This document shows, one piece after another, positions 11,683 to 25,663 of a DNA stretch of 64,000 nt. The notes beneath the pieces were generated by a model. The model was not told where the DNA came from. It did not search any database and saw only the letters and a list, made by a program, of their open reading frames with translations. Where the stretch lies: NCBI GenBank assembly GCA_977016875.1, contig CDRNST010000067.1, positions 1,674,001 through 1,738,000 on the forward strand, in the 5' to 3' direction. Position 1 is the first letter of the stretch; every line of letters starts with the position of its first letter. The stretch comes from Pavona decussata (lineage: Eukaryota). A program made the position numbers and the translations under genes.

Positions 11683-13469
11683 TAGACTGCAAAACAGTCC
11701 TATTTTTTGTGAAAGCGAGTGATAGTCAATATTCAAACGAAAGGTTTAAAGCGAGTCTAAAAACGGCGAGGGAGAATGGGGAGAGACTAAAAATTACGAC
11801 TGTCCGCCATGCATATTTAAATTTGTTCAAAATTACCCGTTCTTCCAGCAACGAGAAATTACTTTTGGTTTAATTCTGACGCAACCTGTCATAAATGTCA
11901 ATCACACCTCATCGAAAAGATATAGACACCGTATGAGTTTCACGGTAAATACAGTAATTCTCGCGGGAAAATGGACGACATTGACTTGGATGCGCTTCCG
12001 AGCGATTAAGAATTTGTTTTGAAACTGGAGCAAAAGGAAGCTGTGGAGTCGCTTCTCAAAGGAAGAGACGTTTTTGGTGTGCTGCCTACGGGTTTTGGAA
12101 AAAAGCCTGATATTTTTTTATGCTGTTTGTTTTGGCGAAAAACAGAGCCTCCAACTCGCCAAATGCTTCAGTCAAGCGCCTGACAATTATTTGTCCGCTC
12201 AAGAGAAGAACAGATAACATCGAATGAATTTGGTCTTTCAGCCACTGAACTATGTTTTGACAGGGAGACTTTAAATTCCATCATGAATGGCAAAGTTTAG
12301 GTAGTTTAAGCTACTGCTGAACAAGTATTGAAAGAGCAGTTCACCACCTTATTGAAAGAAGACTGCCCTTTCCGCTGCACATTATCCCTAGTTGTTGTAG
12401 AACAATCTCACACAGTTTACACATGGTAAGCGTTTGATTTGAATTTTTTCTTTCCTAAATGTTTGCCAAAATCTGGACGTCCTCAGAATAAATGTTCATA
12501 GATTTCCTCGTTTTTCACACAATGTTGTCACATGCGAATTGATTGATCGACACGCATAGCATTCAGGTCAATTCTGCTCATGTTACATGAAGCTATTTTG
12601 TGTGTTTCTGTCGTTACACGTGATCAACAATATGATATCACTCAATTCTTGTCATCTTCGAGTTCTATATACTAACGAATTGGATTACCTGAATTGAACT
12701 AAACTACATTAAAAATTATGCGATCTAACTTTCATTGCTACAATGTATATTTTCGATAGGGGAATCGATTCAAAATCAACAACGAAGAAATCGAAAAAAC
12801 CATTCAGAGAGTAGTATGGAAACCTTTCAGTGTTGAGATCTTTCTTTAGGGGTAAGTACTTTTTTTATTTTCACTTTTATTTTCACTTTTTATTTTCACT
12901 GTTGTCTACCACTAACAAATTTCACATTGCGTGAAGTCAGTAGACAATTGGAAAATGTGATGGGAATAACTTTCTTACAATAATTTCTGTAAATTGAGGG
13001 GATAGCCACTAACATGCAGTTGATCACGTACTGCTCAACTCTTTGCAGGAATGTCTTTTTTTTTTCGGTAGATTGTTCTGGTCAATAAATTTTTATTAAA
13101 TCTCTCTTCCATTATTTTTTGGTTTTTTATTAACAAAATCTTGTTATGGGCATGATTAAATAGTACCCCTCCCCTGGCATTTCTCGTTTTTTTGTCACTT
13201 GGAATTTCATTTGCACAAGCTGATACTGAAGGCTGTAGAATGCAAATGCTATACTAAAATGTACATCTACAGGTGCATGTCACTTGTGAGAATGTAACTC
13301 TTTGTAGTTCTTTTTATTCGTCTAATCAAGGTAGATTAATTATAGTCATTCATTTTCCTTCTGTGTCAGGAATTCCAGTTCTGGCTCTCATTGGGACAGC
13401 AGATTTAAAAATGGGAAGAAAGATCCCTCACCTGTTGTCTCTGACACCAGATGTCCACTGCATCACACT
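11683..13469 (+). mobile_element. AcademH-like element, left part, encoding a spliced RecQ-like SF2 helicase remnant
   Basis: Starts TAGACTGCAAAACAGTC (TAG terminus). From the ATG at 11971: LKLEQKEAVESLLKGRDVFGVLPTGFGK (motif I), LSLVVVEQSHTVYTW|gt (degenerate DExH), FRE*YGNLSVLRS, and PVLALIGTA (motif III) in the exon at about 13370. Confidence 0.78.
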
Positions 13470-13715
13470 AGGGACCTTAAGCAGTCTCAACGAGTCTGTG
13501 GACAACGGCAAGCGTGACCGAATAGGACCTGGGCCAAGGACGCCGTTCACGGTGGGAAAAACAAATGTTTAAGTGAGCTCCCGACTTCAAAGCTCTGAAA
13601 GTTGTAAATGGGGTCATTTAAAGAAATACGAGAGTTGCTTCTTTTAAGTCTAGAGCAAAATACCATAAACGAAGAAGAATTCCTTCTTCTATCGGAAGAG
13701 TTTGAATCGAAGAAT
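13470..13715 (+). mobile_element. PIF/Harbinger-like element left end with transposase N-terminus, truncated
   Basis: An AGGGACCTTAAGC terminus interrupts the RecQ exon. ORF MGSFKEIRELLLLSLEQNTINEEEFLLLSEEFESKN resembles the N-termini of cnidarian DDE_Tnp_4 transposases. Confidence 0.55.
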
Positions 13716-16529
13716 GCTGAGAACCAGCAAAAGTGTCCATGTTCTTTTACGCTCGTTTTAAGCAGTCACTTCTGCCCCAATTTGTACGCCTGGGCACCCA
13801 GGATAGAATGCTTCGGTAAAAATCTAATCTTAGTTTTACTGAAATACTCCAAAAAAAACTAAACTAAAACACTTACGGATTCTTTCCCGCTGCCATCAAG
13901 CAATTCAGCACTCAGTTGCCTAACTTGACGGATATATTTGCATCCAGCTTTCGATTAAAAGCAGAAAATAAGTTTGCTTTGAGAAAATTTTATTATAAGA
14001 CATGATAGAATGGACACAAAGATGAGAAAAATCAATTTTAATACTAACATTCACTCGAAGACGGCAAATCGGTTGTTTTGACGTCCTCAACACCATGTGG
14101 ACGTCATCTATGACATGCACAGAAGCTGCTACATACGTTGGAAGACTTCCAATCGTGGTCGTCGTCGTCTCGACTCATCGCTGGAACAATGTGATTCCAA
14201 CAAAACAAAAACCACAACAGTATGTAGCACAAGATGTCGAAATATGGTTAAACTGGTTGATACTGTATCAGCCGATGAAGGGTTTTGTTACACCAGGATC
14301 GCTTGGCGGCACCTTTGAACTATGGGCATTGAGATAAAATGTGCGGTTTCTGTAAAGCATCACGCAACGCATTTACCTAATAAGGTAGAAGATCTTACTC
14401 AACTTGGGTAATTGTTACTGAAGAGAGTAATTGTTATCGATTCTGCCGCCAAGTAACACCTATGCAAACGGAACCACTCACAGAAGCAACCATTTATTCG
14501 CCTTTTGTTTTCCATTTCATTTGTCTGAAATCACATTAAGACATTAACTAAAGCCGTTGAATTAAATATTACATCCTTTCCAGTCTTTCCTTTTTGTAAA
14601 GTTTGGTGTTTTCGTTTTGCTTTCTGAACGGAGTAAGCGATACTCCTGTGAAAAAACAAACTTATTCCTCCAAGAACAAACTGGTATTATTTGTTGCCAT
14701 CAACGCTATTCACAAATGTTCGATCATAGCTTAGCTTTTCGCATCAAGACATTGAGAATTTCTGGTATTCTCTTTTTTATCTTATGCTATCCATTTCATG
14801 GGTCATCAGCTTGAACTTTACATGTCATCAAGACCATCAAGACACAAAGAAATGCCATTAAAAAATTAAGTGCCCAAATCTCCCCCTCCCCACTACTGCA
14901 AAAATTGGCTTGATATCGCAAGTCTGCGGGTGTGCAAATCTGCATGCATATGATGGCATGAGACAAAAACTTAATAAGCAACCGAGGGCTCTGACATCGT
15001 AGTTCACAACAGAACACGCTGCATTGCGAAGAAACGCCATGCAATACCATGGCCTGTGTCATAATTATTATTACTATCATTATTCGTAGTAGTAGTACCT
15101 TTCTTGTTTTTGGGGGTTTTTTTGAGGGTTTTTTTTACGTTTGCAGTTTGGGTTGTTGGAGCTTTTGCGGCTGTCGCAAGTTCTTGTCAACCCCGAAACA
15201 GAAAGGAATGTAGTGTGGTGAAATTTAACAGCAGTTCGCTTTGCAAAGAAGAATCTTCAAAATGTAGGGTGGTACGCATTCCGCGTTTGCTTTCGTAAGA
15301 GGTATTTCTCACCCACTTTCAGATATTTCCGCTTTTAATGTCACCGTAACCCAAATGTCAAATCATGTTATTTCTCAAAGCCATGAAAACGGATTTAAAA
15401 AGATCGCACGCTTGCACGAAGACTCAGTTTGTGTGCAACTTCTAGCAACACCTAACACACATTTTGACAGTCAGTTGAGAGTTCCGTTTGCCTAAATGGA
15501 AGGTAAAATCCCAGTCACTCCTACGACAAGGGCCAATTTTAGTGGTATAAGTGGTCACCGCCTCTTTAAAATTAATGACAACTCTAGCAAGCAGAGAGAG
15601 AATGCTGGCAAAACATCGACTCCTGCCCATTTAGTGAGTGACATTGGAGTTGCCGCATTTGTTCCTGTCCAGCCCGGTGGATTTGAACAAGCATCCACTT
15701 CGAGAATTGACTTTTTCAAACCGGGAGGTGCGAGTGCAACAAGAACCTCGCACGTGGGACTTATGCAAACGGTTGCTGCGGTGTCAAAAAGTGCAGACAT
15801 TTCTTGGAGTTACTTCCTCAAAACCGGCAGTTTGGGGGAAGCAAGCACCAAATATCAGAAGGAAATTTCACAAACGGGTGACTCTCGAATGCCACCAAAC
15901 CCTTTTCTGGAAGACTTTCCCCAGCTGAGCAGTTCTCAGAGTTTAGGGAAGCCTTCCTCTAGTTAAGCTGCCTTTGAAATACAGTCTTCCGGATTTTATA
16001 TCTACCGTACGATATATGCGTGTGAAGCTTTATGCAGCTGCTGGGAAGACTTCAATTACCTCCGATGAACCCCCAGAAGAAGATTATGTCTTCGCTAAGC
16101 GGCGCAGTGACCTAGTAAAGGAGTTCAGAAATCGTGAGTTTCTTTACTTTTCTTGTGTTATTGTTGAAGTGCTAAACAGATTGTTTCCTTCAAAATTATT
16201 CGAAGCACTTTACTAGATTTTACTTCACAAGAATCTACCTAATAATTTTCCAATTAGCCATGAGAAAATAAAGGTTGTTGTTGTTGAAGTAGGGAATGTA
16301 GGGGCAAGGCAAAGAATTTAAATATGTTCCTTCTTACAGAATTTGAACTTCTACTTGAAAGCTGCTAGGCTTTCGAAGAAGTGTTTTAATAAAGTACAAG
16401 AAATCTGTACTTCTGTTGACAGTTAACAAGGGAGCTCAATGAAAATTTTCTCAATACAATACTTTAGGAGTGATAAAAATTCGTTAAAACATGTGCGTGA
16501 AATGAAAAGCATCAAAAAGAAAAGAAATA

Positions 16530-18995
16530 ATTTAAAAATTACTTAAATTACTTAAATCTTAAATCTATCTAAAAACCTGCTTCTTCAGAAGACATTTAAA
16601 AGTAGAAATATCCTTGGCACTTCTAACATACGTAGGTAACGAATTCCAAAGTTTTGCGGCTAGAAATGAGAATGACTTATGGTGCCATTCTAGATTAAAA
16701 TTGGGTAGCGTTAATAGTGTCCCCAACCCTCTTAAATTATAATTACAGATTTTAATCTTCTATGTACCTTGGGGCTTCTTTTTTAATAAGTTTATATACC
16801 AAAACTAGGGCCTGGAATTTCTTTTATCTTCTAGCGTTCTTATACCAGCCATAATTAATAAATGGATGTATGGCGTATGCTTTCCATACCCTAAAATAGA
16901 TCTAAGAATGTAATTATTGGTATCTTCAAATTTTTTAATTTGACCTCTTCCAACTCCAAGTAATAGCGGACAACAATATTCTAAATGAGGCAAAATATAC
17001 GCTTTATAAAGGCGGCACATTACGTCTAAAGGAATAAACCTGCAAATCCTCCGTAACGCATAGGCTTTGGCAGACGCCTTTTTATTTGTTCGGACGCATG
17101 AGCAACAAAATTGAGCTTACCATCTAATGTAACACCAACGATTTTAAGGGTATCATTAGCGTCCACTTCATTGTTATCTACACTGAAGTTATAGCGACAT
17201 GATACTGGACCTATAGTCATTGCCTGTGTCTTAGATCCATTGATCTGAAGATACAGTACCGCTCAAAAGTAAGTCACCACCCTCTCGCGAGATTCTCGTC
17301 GAGAGACAAGAGTCGCGTCTCGTCTCGTCGTCTCGCGAGACGCGATTCTCATTTCAAGAGACGAGAGTTTCGTCTTGAGAGACGAGATACTCGTCTCGCG
17401 AGAGGGTGAAAAAACTGTAAGTACATTTACAAAGGCTTCACTTTTTCGTGAGAGTTTCGCGAGAATATCAAGTTGAGTGTCAGTGTAAGCGAACGACGGC
17501 TGCGAAGAAGACTAGCCAACTTGATAAATCTTTCATTACGCATTTATTCAGAAGTGGCACATTGGGTTATCGGAGCTAATAGCTAATAAATCTGCAGAAC
17601 CTTAATAAAGCGTCTTCGTGTTAATGTAAATAAAACGAAAATGTAGTAAACATAATAAGTTGCATCTTTTATAGTTTTTTTTATGAAGCCATTGTGTTAC
17701 ACTTTCTTGAACACAATGAGGATGTCTTATGTTTCACTTGCAAGTTTACATTGATTTGGTTTTCAAGTGCAAATTGTTTCGTTGATATTTTATACATACA
17801 AATTCAATGCATTTGAAGGTGAAATCGCAATGCTTTGCAAATTAAACTTTCCGATCAAAATCTCGGGTTTTGAGATTGAGATATAAGCACGGCGCGGTAA
17901 CTTTTGACATCCTAGCGTTGCCGATATGCAAATTCAGTGCACAATGAACTGAAATCAATTCTGAACCAGAACTACACAGTTTACGCCAACTCTTAAACAA
18001 CGTTAGCGTTTCCATTTTCTTTATTCGCAACTTTGTTTTTTCTTGGTAGAAATCGCATTTGCTTGCAACCACAAAGATTGAAAGAAGTTCAATTCCATAG
18101 CGGTAATTAGCAAAGCACGATACATGTCACGTATGCAAATTTGAACCGCGAGTTGAAAAACATTGTAAGTTTCAGGGTTTTCAAAAAGTGTTTTATAGAT
18201 ACAGGCACAAAACTTGACTTTAAAAAGGCTGGTTTTTTTTAATGTAGAAATTGTGTGTGCGGGAAAGTTTCAATTGCAAATTGATTTCCCGGCGAGTTCG
18301 CTTAGCACATCGCTTTACAAACTTGTCGCTGTTTTTCGTGTAAAACGAAACCTTGGAAGTGACTAAAGACATGAGCTTGCTTAACGCATCGCTTTGCAAA
18401 CTTGTCACTAAACGAAACCTTTGAAGTGACTGAAGACACCATTTTTGTCAAATAAATCATCTCTTACATTGTGCACGAATAGAAACCTTTGAACTGAATG
18501 AAGACAAAATTGTTTCGAATCACATAACTCGTACAATGCGAACACGTTGGCACGCGAACCTTTTAAAAATGGCACGGACAAACGCATCACAAGACAAGTG
18601 CGCGAGAAACTTGGTTGTTTTCTTCTTACAAGAAACTCGGTAATATTCTAAAATTTCCGCTTCAGTGATTCTCGCGAGATGAGAATCTCGTATCGAGAGA
18701 CGAGAGACGCGACTCTCGTCTCTCGATACGAGAATCTCATCTTGAGAGACGCGACTCTCGTCTCGCGAGAAACAAGACAAGACCGGTAACTTACTTTTGA
18801 GCGGTACTGTAGTTTTGCCGAAGCCATGTTGATAATATATGTAGATCAGAGTTCATAATATATTCTAAAACTAGAGGGGAGGCGTCCGATGCATATTCAG
18901 TAGTGTCATCTGCATAAAACTGTAGAGAGGTGTTTGTAACCTGAAGATTCAAATCATTAATGTAAACTAATGTAGATTCAAATCATTAATGTAAA
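16530..18995 (-). mobile_element. 5'-truncated CR1/L2-group LINE (RT C-terminus and 3' tail), split by a MITE
   Basis: The minus strand reads YINDLN..LQFYADDTTEY..WLRQNY|LQINGSKTQAM..LKIVGVTLD..LYKAYILPHLEYC..WNSLP. The reading frame is restored when 17254-18811 is removed, and there is a short tandem AT-rich tail near 16530-16570. Confidence 0.88.
17254..18809. mobile_element. Non-autonomous Tc1/mariner-type DNA transposon
   Basis: TIR CAGTACCGCTCAAAAGTAAGT / ACTTACTTTTGAGCGGTACTG, TA target duplication (17252-53 and 18810-11), subterminal TCTCG/CGAGA arrays, and no transposase. Confidence 0.92.
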
Positions 18996-21900
18996 AGTGT
19001 TTCTTATTTACGTTAAGCATTCGTCTACAGGCTGCAAGACCTAAGAGAGAAGATCAGGAGGAGATTCTTGAAGAAGTAAATCCAGCAAAAAATGTATGTA
19101 TATTAAATTATTTTAGTCTTATTTATATCATTTGTCAGCTGCTTTAACTGAAAATTGTTTCCCATTTGTGTAGGTTAAGAAGGAACGTGACCAGCTGCAG
19201 ATACAACAAGACGAGATGAAATTTCGTCTCGATGAATTAAGTTGTTAAGTTTCCATTTAATTGACAATATTCAGCTGCACATAGATTCTAATCTGTTACA
19301 TGCTAATCATGTTACAGAAACTCGAAGAATGCAATTATCTCTCCAACAAAAATGACGCTTTAACAAGGGAAATTGGTACATTGAAGAAAATATCGTGGGC
19401 GGTGAGTCACTTTCTCACTACTGTTTATGTAATATTAAATTTTGTAAGTGAATAGCAGGTCACATTTTGTTTCTTTGCTTAACTAGAATATTGAAAATCT
19501 GCAGAAAAAAAATGGAAGACTTACGTCGTGATAAGGAATCCTGGAAAAGGCTCTATCGAGATGCAGCTATGCTTACGCAGGCAAGCTGCATTCAAGTATT
19601 GGTAAGTTTACGAATAGCATGACTTATGAATTAATGATTTGTGGGGTTGGGAATAACATAAACTACAATGCTCAACTATTCCCACGTTAACTTACACGAA
19701 TATGGAAATTACAAGCATTATAAAGAACTTTTTTTTTTAAAACTACTTGTCATTTATTCATAGGGCTCTTCCAAAGTTAAGGATTCCAAAGCGTCAAGAA
19801 GCAAGGATATTGCTGCTGAAACCTTGCAGGTCTGAAATAGTTGCCTGCTACATTTTGTCGATAAATAGATAGATGGATAACCTTTATTAAAATAGGATGG
19901 CTTTTAAATTGGTAGGATATTTTTGGGATTCTATGGTGTCAACTGAGTTAACATATATACCTCTTTCTAACCGAGTTTGAGGTTAAAGTACAACCAAAAA
20001 AACGCTGAGGATAATTGGGCCCGTGGAAGAGAAACTGTTTTCAAATTAGCGGGCCGTACAATGAAATATGGCTCCGAAAATTGACCAATCACACCGCACG
20101 TACTTATTGCTGAATAATAAGTAGAAATTAGAAAATCACAGGTCAACGGTTCAGACCTAGGTGATCTCGTCTAAAGATACGGACTTAGTCTAGCGAATGT
20201 CTAATTATAATCGCTTTCTTTCTCATTGTATTTTTCTGTTTCTTCTTGTGCCCTGTCTACAAGGAACTGACTGAGGATCCCACAGGCTTAGATGACGTCC
20301 ACTTGAGAATTTTATCTCTTAGTTTAAACAGGAGGAAAAGGAAAAAGATGACGAGTAACGTGAAGATGCCAGCAAAGGATAGCAATGAGGTTTGTTAAAT
20401 TAAAGGATAACAATAGCATGAAAGTAGTGCTATTCAACAATCAAAGTCAAGCACTCAGACATGATGTTCGAATAATTAATCCTAGCAAGTACCCCCTTAA
20501 AGAGCGCATGGCCCTCCTTGAGTTGCAAAGGAAACCTTTCACCTTGCTATCGGTCTTTAAACCGCATTTGACATTTTATTTCTTTTATGCTGGGAATGGT
20601 TGAAGAGTGCCTTGTGGCGGTGGCCTATAACAACATGCCACAGCACTTCGTTGGCAAAATATTACCAGAAGAGACGGTGAGAATAATAAGTGTTATGACG
20701 CACATGGAAAGAAATAGTTTCTTGTGGCCCACAGAGCTTGTAATTGAAGATGTGGAGAAAGAGCAGGTCTTTGAACGGAATGTCAGGGAAACGCATGACG
20801 ATAACAACCCGAAATGTTTCATTATCGCCAACAAACACCAACTTGACGGGAATGCAAGGACATGTTACTCGATACTACTTGCAGCAAGAAGAAGAACTAT
20901 GGTAAGCAACAGTTTCTGCATGAAACGTAGAAATAATAATTAGAATACCTACAAGGAATGTTAGCAATTTTGTTTGCTACAATTCACACATCTGCTGTTA
21001 TTTTAATAATATAACAGAAGTCTAAGGGAACCTGTACCTCTTACTAACAAGATGCCTATGAAGACTGAGAAATATTAAAGAATGCAAATCAGAGAAATAA
21101 ATGGATGAAGGACTGCTTCTTTCATTACCTTAGAAGCAACAGGTGTGGGACAACAACAGTGCTCTGTATGCCAAGGTGCAACGTGTCTTATGGAAAGACT
21201 TCAAAATGATACAGAAAGAAACGACTCACCTTGAAACAGCGAATGTGCTGTACCTCCTCAAAGCAGACATAGAATGGACACCTGGGTGGCTAAATGACGA
21301 AGTAGGGAAATGCAGGACTATTTAAACATTGAAAGCCGATACTGTTGCTTACAAAAAGGTCACCTTAAATCTGAAATAATCTTTTTGTGCAAGAAGTCAT
21401 AAATGCATATATGAATATCATCGAAAAAAAGGGACTAAAACGGTAAGTTCTAGGTTAACATAAATGGCTTCTAAAGGCATGATGCTGGCAAGATTACGAC
21501 AACAGTGTCAGCAGATCTTCTCCGGCATATTTCCAACTGCGCAAGTCATTGACTGAATATATTCGCGAAGTTTGCTCCAACAAGTATATTTGGTTATTTG
21601 CAGGGACCGATAACCGCTAACTGCTTTTTCTTTGATTCAGTATTGAAAAAACAAAATTGGAGAACGAGGGTATATTTCTCGTTCTCATTTATTTATTTAT
21701 TCTCTTTTTTTTTTTTTGGTGGGTGGAGGGGGTCTTCAGTCAGTACTATTTAAGCGATAAAAGAGTAAATGGGAAGGCAATGAAAGTATTTTTTTTTGCA
21801 TAACATGTTTCCAATCTTAATTCGTCAAGATTAATTTTAAAAAAGGTTCATGTTGTTGCCTTGACGTTTTATTTATTTACTCAGTGTTATTTTCCAAATT

Positions 21901-22944
21901 GGCTGGATCTATCAAAATACAAGAAATTCGTATTTCCAGGCCAGTTCAGCAAGGAAAGGCATTGGCAGTTGGGACTAAGTAAACAAATTTTTGTTCTGTG
22001 CGTAAATATTGTCTCGAAGATGAACCTATTGTAGTTGGCCGATGTGATTTTGATGGACATGGTGTCATAATGTTTATATAACGACATACACTGCTACACG
22101 GTTGAAATTACGTACATTTTGCAGCGAAAACAGAGGCTTGGCCCAAACTGTTCACATCATCATAAAATCATTGTTTTAAGATAAGGGCATTCCTTTTAAC
22201 TTGTAGGTTGTAGATCTAGAGGAGAGCACAATATCACAGGTTGACCCAGCTGTTCAAGCCATAGAGGCACCCCCTGACTTTTTCCACACAATCAAGTATT
22301 TGAAAAGCAATTTTGTGTTGGCTACAGGCTAATAAATGTCCTTGGAGAGCAAATAATGAATGACTGGCGTCCCTTCTTTTCTTGTCATTTACCTTTTTCT
22401 CGTTTACTAGTACAGAAACTTCCTAAACAGCAGGAAAGACTTCGAAGAAAGGATCTGGTCTCCTGGAAAACTTCAACATCCTACCCAGGATGACGAAATT
22501 AGGTGTGGGCTATATGTGTTGAAAATGGATAAAGATTTCTTTTTTACTTTGCAAACTTAACAATTCTCAGTACCTCTTCTCCACTACTATGACTTACACA
22601 ATGTAAATGTAGAGAATCCGGCGTCAGTCGTGAAATTTTCAATTTCTTCATATTTTGCCCAAATAACCTCTATAGTGAGTTATTTGCAAAAATGTTATTC
22701 AAAGGACCTGAAGCATTTGAGTTTTTTCGAAATCTAACAAAGTTCGAAAAACGCCATTTTGCCCTTCCGGCGGTGTCGAAGCTACAATAAAATTATGCAG
22801 TTTCTTTTTGCTCGTCCAGATCAACGCAATAACATCTAACGATGTACTTTGGTTTACTTATAACAGATCTCTTGATCTCCCTGAATCACTAAATTATTTT
22901 GAGAAAGCTGTTTAAAACTGCTTGTTTTTGGCTGTTACAATTAC

Positions 22945-22947
22945 TTT

Positions 22948-23016
<69 letters not shown>

Positions 23017-24269
23017 ATACAACCTTGCTTAACATACAACCTTAATTGTAAGTTAAAATACTCAGAGAGAAAAGAAAGAAAAAAAGCCCAGGGAGAGCTT
23101 GACACAGTTTTTGTATTACAATACTTCTACATAAGTTTCTCTAGGCACGATAAATATTATAGAGGTTGTACAAAAGGTTTTTTAATTCTTTTTTTTTTGT
23201 GTGTGTACTTGTTAAATTACTTACAAGATAATAATCCATAATTAACTAAAAAGATAAAGAATTAATTATAGCCATTTAAAAGCAACTCTTCATAGTTTTT
23301 CCATTTATGGCGAAAAGAAACAATTCTATTGGATTTAAATGCAATATATTTTTCAGTTTCGTATTTATTTTCAAGAATTTTCTTAAAGTGGCCACCAGAC
23401 GGTTTAATCTCTTTGTGCCTACAACTCCATAAATAGGTTTTCCCCAAAATCATTACATAATTAACTAGATCCATTCCCTCCTTCAAGATTCCTATGATAA
23501 CGTCGCGCAGTAAGAGACAACTGCAACTACTAATGTTCTTTAAAATGTTCACAAATACGTCCATTCAAAAAGAGTGTGAAAAGGGACAACTAAACAATGG
23601 ATGGTTTCTAGCTTCTGTGGTATCTTGACAAAAGGAACAGTAAGGGCTTGAAATGTAGCCTATTTTAAAAAAAGTTGTCATTGGTAAAAAGAATAGAATT
23701 CAATACTTTATATTGAAAAGATCGTAAGTAGGGATCATTGGAAACTCTTATGGGGAGCAAAAATGCTTCAGTGATATAATCATCTTTCAAATCCAATTCT
23801 TCCCCTAACTTGGCCCATTTCTTAGGCTTTTCATACTTGAGCTTCATTAAGAATCAATAGTAGTCACAACATTTAAAATTTTCCCAATCAAGAACGACAT
23901 TCAAAGTAGGTGGATGTTTTCGTCGATTCAGAGGAACAGACAGTCTTAATCCTGTCCACGCCAAAAAATTGGAGTTTAAAAGCCTTTCTCCACTAACAGT
24001 ATTAAAAGAGTCAATATTTGTCTTTTCATACAATAAGTATTCGGTATACTTTATACCTTTTGGAAAAAGTGTTTTTAAAACACGCTTTTACCGTCTATCT
24101 GAACTTCTCTATTGTTCCAAAGGATATATTTACATTCACCATCACAATCAGCAACATCTCGTAATTCTGACCACCATAATAAGAGTTCATAATAAAAATC
24201 GGGTAAGGTATTTAATTTATCAACGTCGTAGTTACAATTAAGTAAATATAATGTTCCGTGACTACTTAG
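22945..24269 (-). mobile_element. L1/Tx1-clade LINE 3' end with (TAAA)n tail
   Basis: LLNCNYD..LPDFYYELLLWW..ILWNNREVQIDGKSVF, then LRSFQYKVLNSILFTN..CSFC..H..C (zf-RVT) and LVNYVMILGKTYLWSC. (TTTA)n lies at 22947-23013 on the plus strand. Confidence 0.88.
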
Positions 24270-25663
24270 CACAGGGTGAAATAAGGAGTTTCCATAATTC
24301 AGAAATGTGACGGAAACCTGACAGTTGAAGTTTCTGTTACGTTTCCGCAGAAGTGATACAACGGGAAACTCGTTATGGGAAAATGGTGGTCATGTTTCGC
24401 ATTTCTCAAGCATTCAGTTGGCTGAGACATGCAAGATTGTTTCCGTCGTGTCTCCGCAAAATGAATTCAAACGGAAACTTATAATTTTTAATTTCACGGG
24501 GCTTTCCGTTTCTGGTATTCTGTGATTTCATCCATTTTATTGTTATACTCCCCAATTTAGATTCAACGCGAAAAGCTATGTTTTTGTCAAGACCATTCTT
24601 AATGGCGCTCTGAGAGTTATTTCGAAATGTGAGTTATTTAGAAACATAAAAGCAGACAATGAAAAACGTGATGTAATGCAAAATAATGTAAACATGACAC
24701 AGTTCCAGACATCTCTTTCGTTTGTGTTACTTGCTTGTGTTCTGCTTTAGCCACTGATTACGTTTCCATCCTGCCTTTAAACAACTGTCTTAAAATCGCA
24801 TGGGCAGAAATTTTGGGAAACGTTGTTCAGTTTTATCGTTTATTTTCACTTGCCTATGTAAATCTAAACCTTAACTTATAAGGAAAATGCCGGTCATCAT
24901 TCAAAACTCGACCGGGTCAAAACATACTTAACTTTGCCTTAGGGTTTTCGCAATGAGTGCCAACGGTCTTTGAATAATATTTTTTAAAGTGCGTGAGTAT
25001 ATATTAAAGCACTTTAATTATCTGGAAATCAATATAATACTCACGAAAAGCTATTTAAATTAAAGCTTAAACCGTAGTTCATTCCTCCGTTCCAAATAAT
25101 TACACAGAGCAAACTTCTGTTTTCAACAAAGTACAAGTATGCCCCCACGCCCTTCAAAATGTCTCAAAGTGGCTCACAAATCACCTTTGAAACCTTTGGT
25201 ACGCTTCCCGCTTTTTGACCCTAACAGTGCATGCATGCCTCATTTTGGAATTGAGAAGGTAGTATCTGCGCCTTTTAAATTTGCTTTATTTTCGTGCTTT
25301 GGTTGTTCGCTTGCTAAAGTGATCCTTTCTAGGTTAATAAGCCATAAACACTTCATAATAAGACAAATGGCAGAAGAAATCACATCCTTACTCGAGGAGG
25401 GCTCGAGCAACGATCAAATGTCACAAGATGCGACCCTAGATCCAATGGAAACAGTCATAAAAGAGCTGGCCGACCTCAGGAGAGTTAGCTAAAAGCTGAA
25501 CGAACGTTTGGACTCTATGCTCCATTCCCAAGCAAAGAAAAGGCTATTCAACAAAAGAAAGCGATCATCGGTTGATCCTAGTTGTTCCGTAAGTATAATC
25601 TTTAATGATCTTATCGCTTTAATTTATGAATTGTTCGAACATTTTATGGTCAATTAAATTAAG

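Larger units (their letters stand above)
15325..22530 (+). pseudogene. Multi-exon gene remnant ending in a Ulp1/SENP-like cysteine protease
   Basis: A series of AG/GT-bounded exons (e.g. 16039-16133, 19031-19093, 19764-19829) with coiled-coil peptides. Protease motifs occur in order: TPGWLNDE (~21280), RHWQL (~21960) and HPTQDDEIRCGLYVLKM (~22477-22527). Whether the 5' exons belong to the same gene is inferred. Confidence 0.62.
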
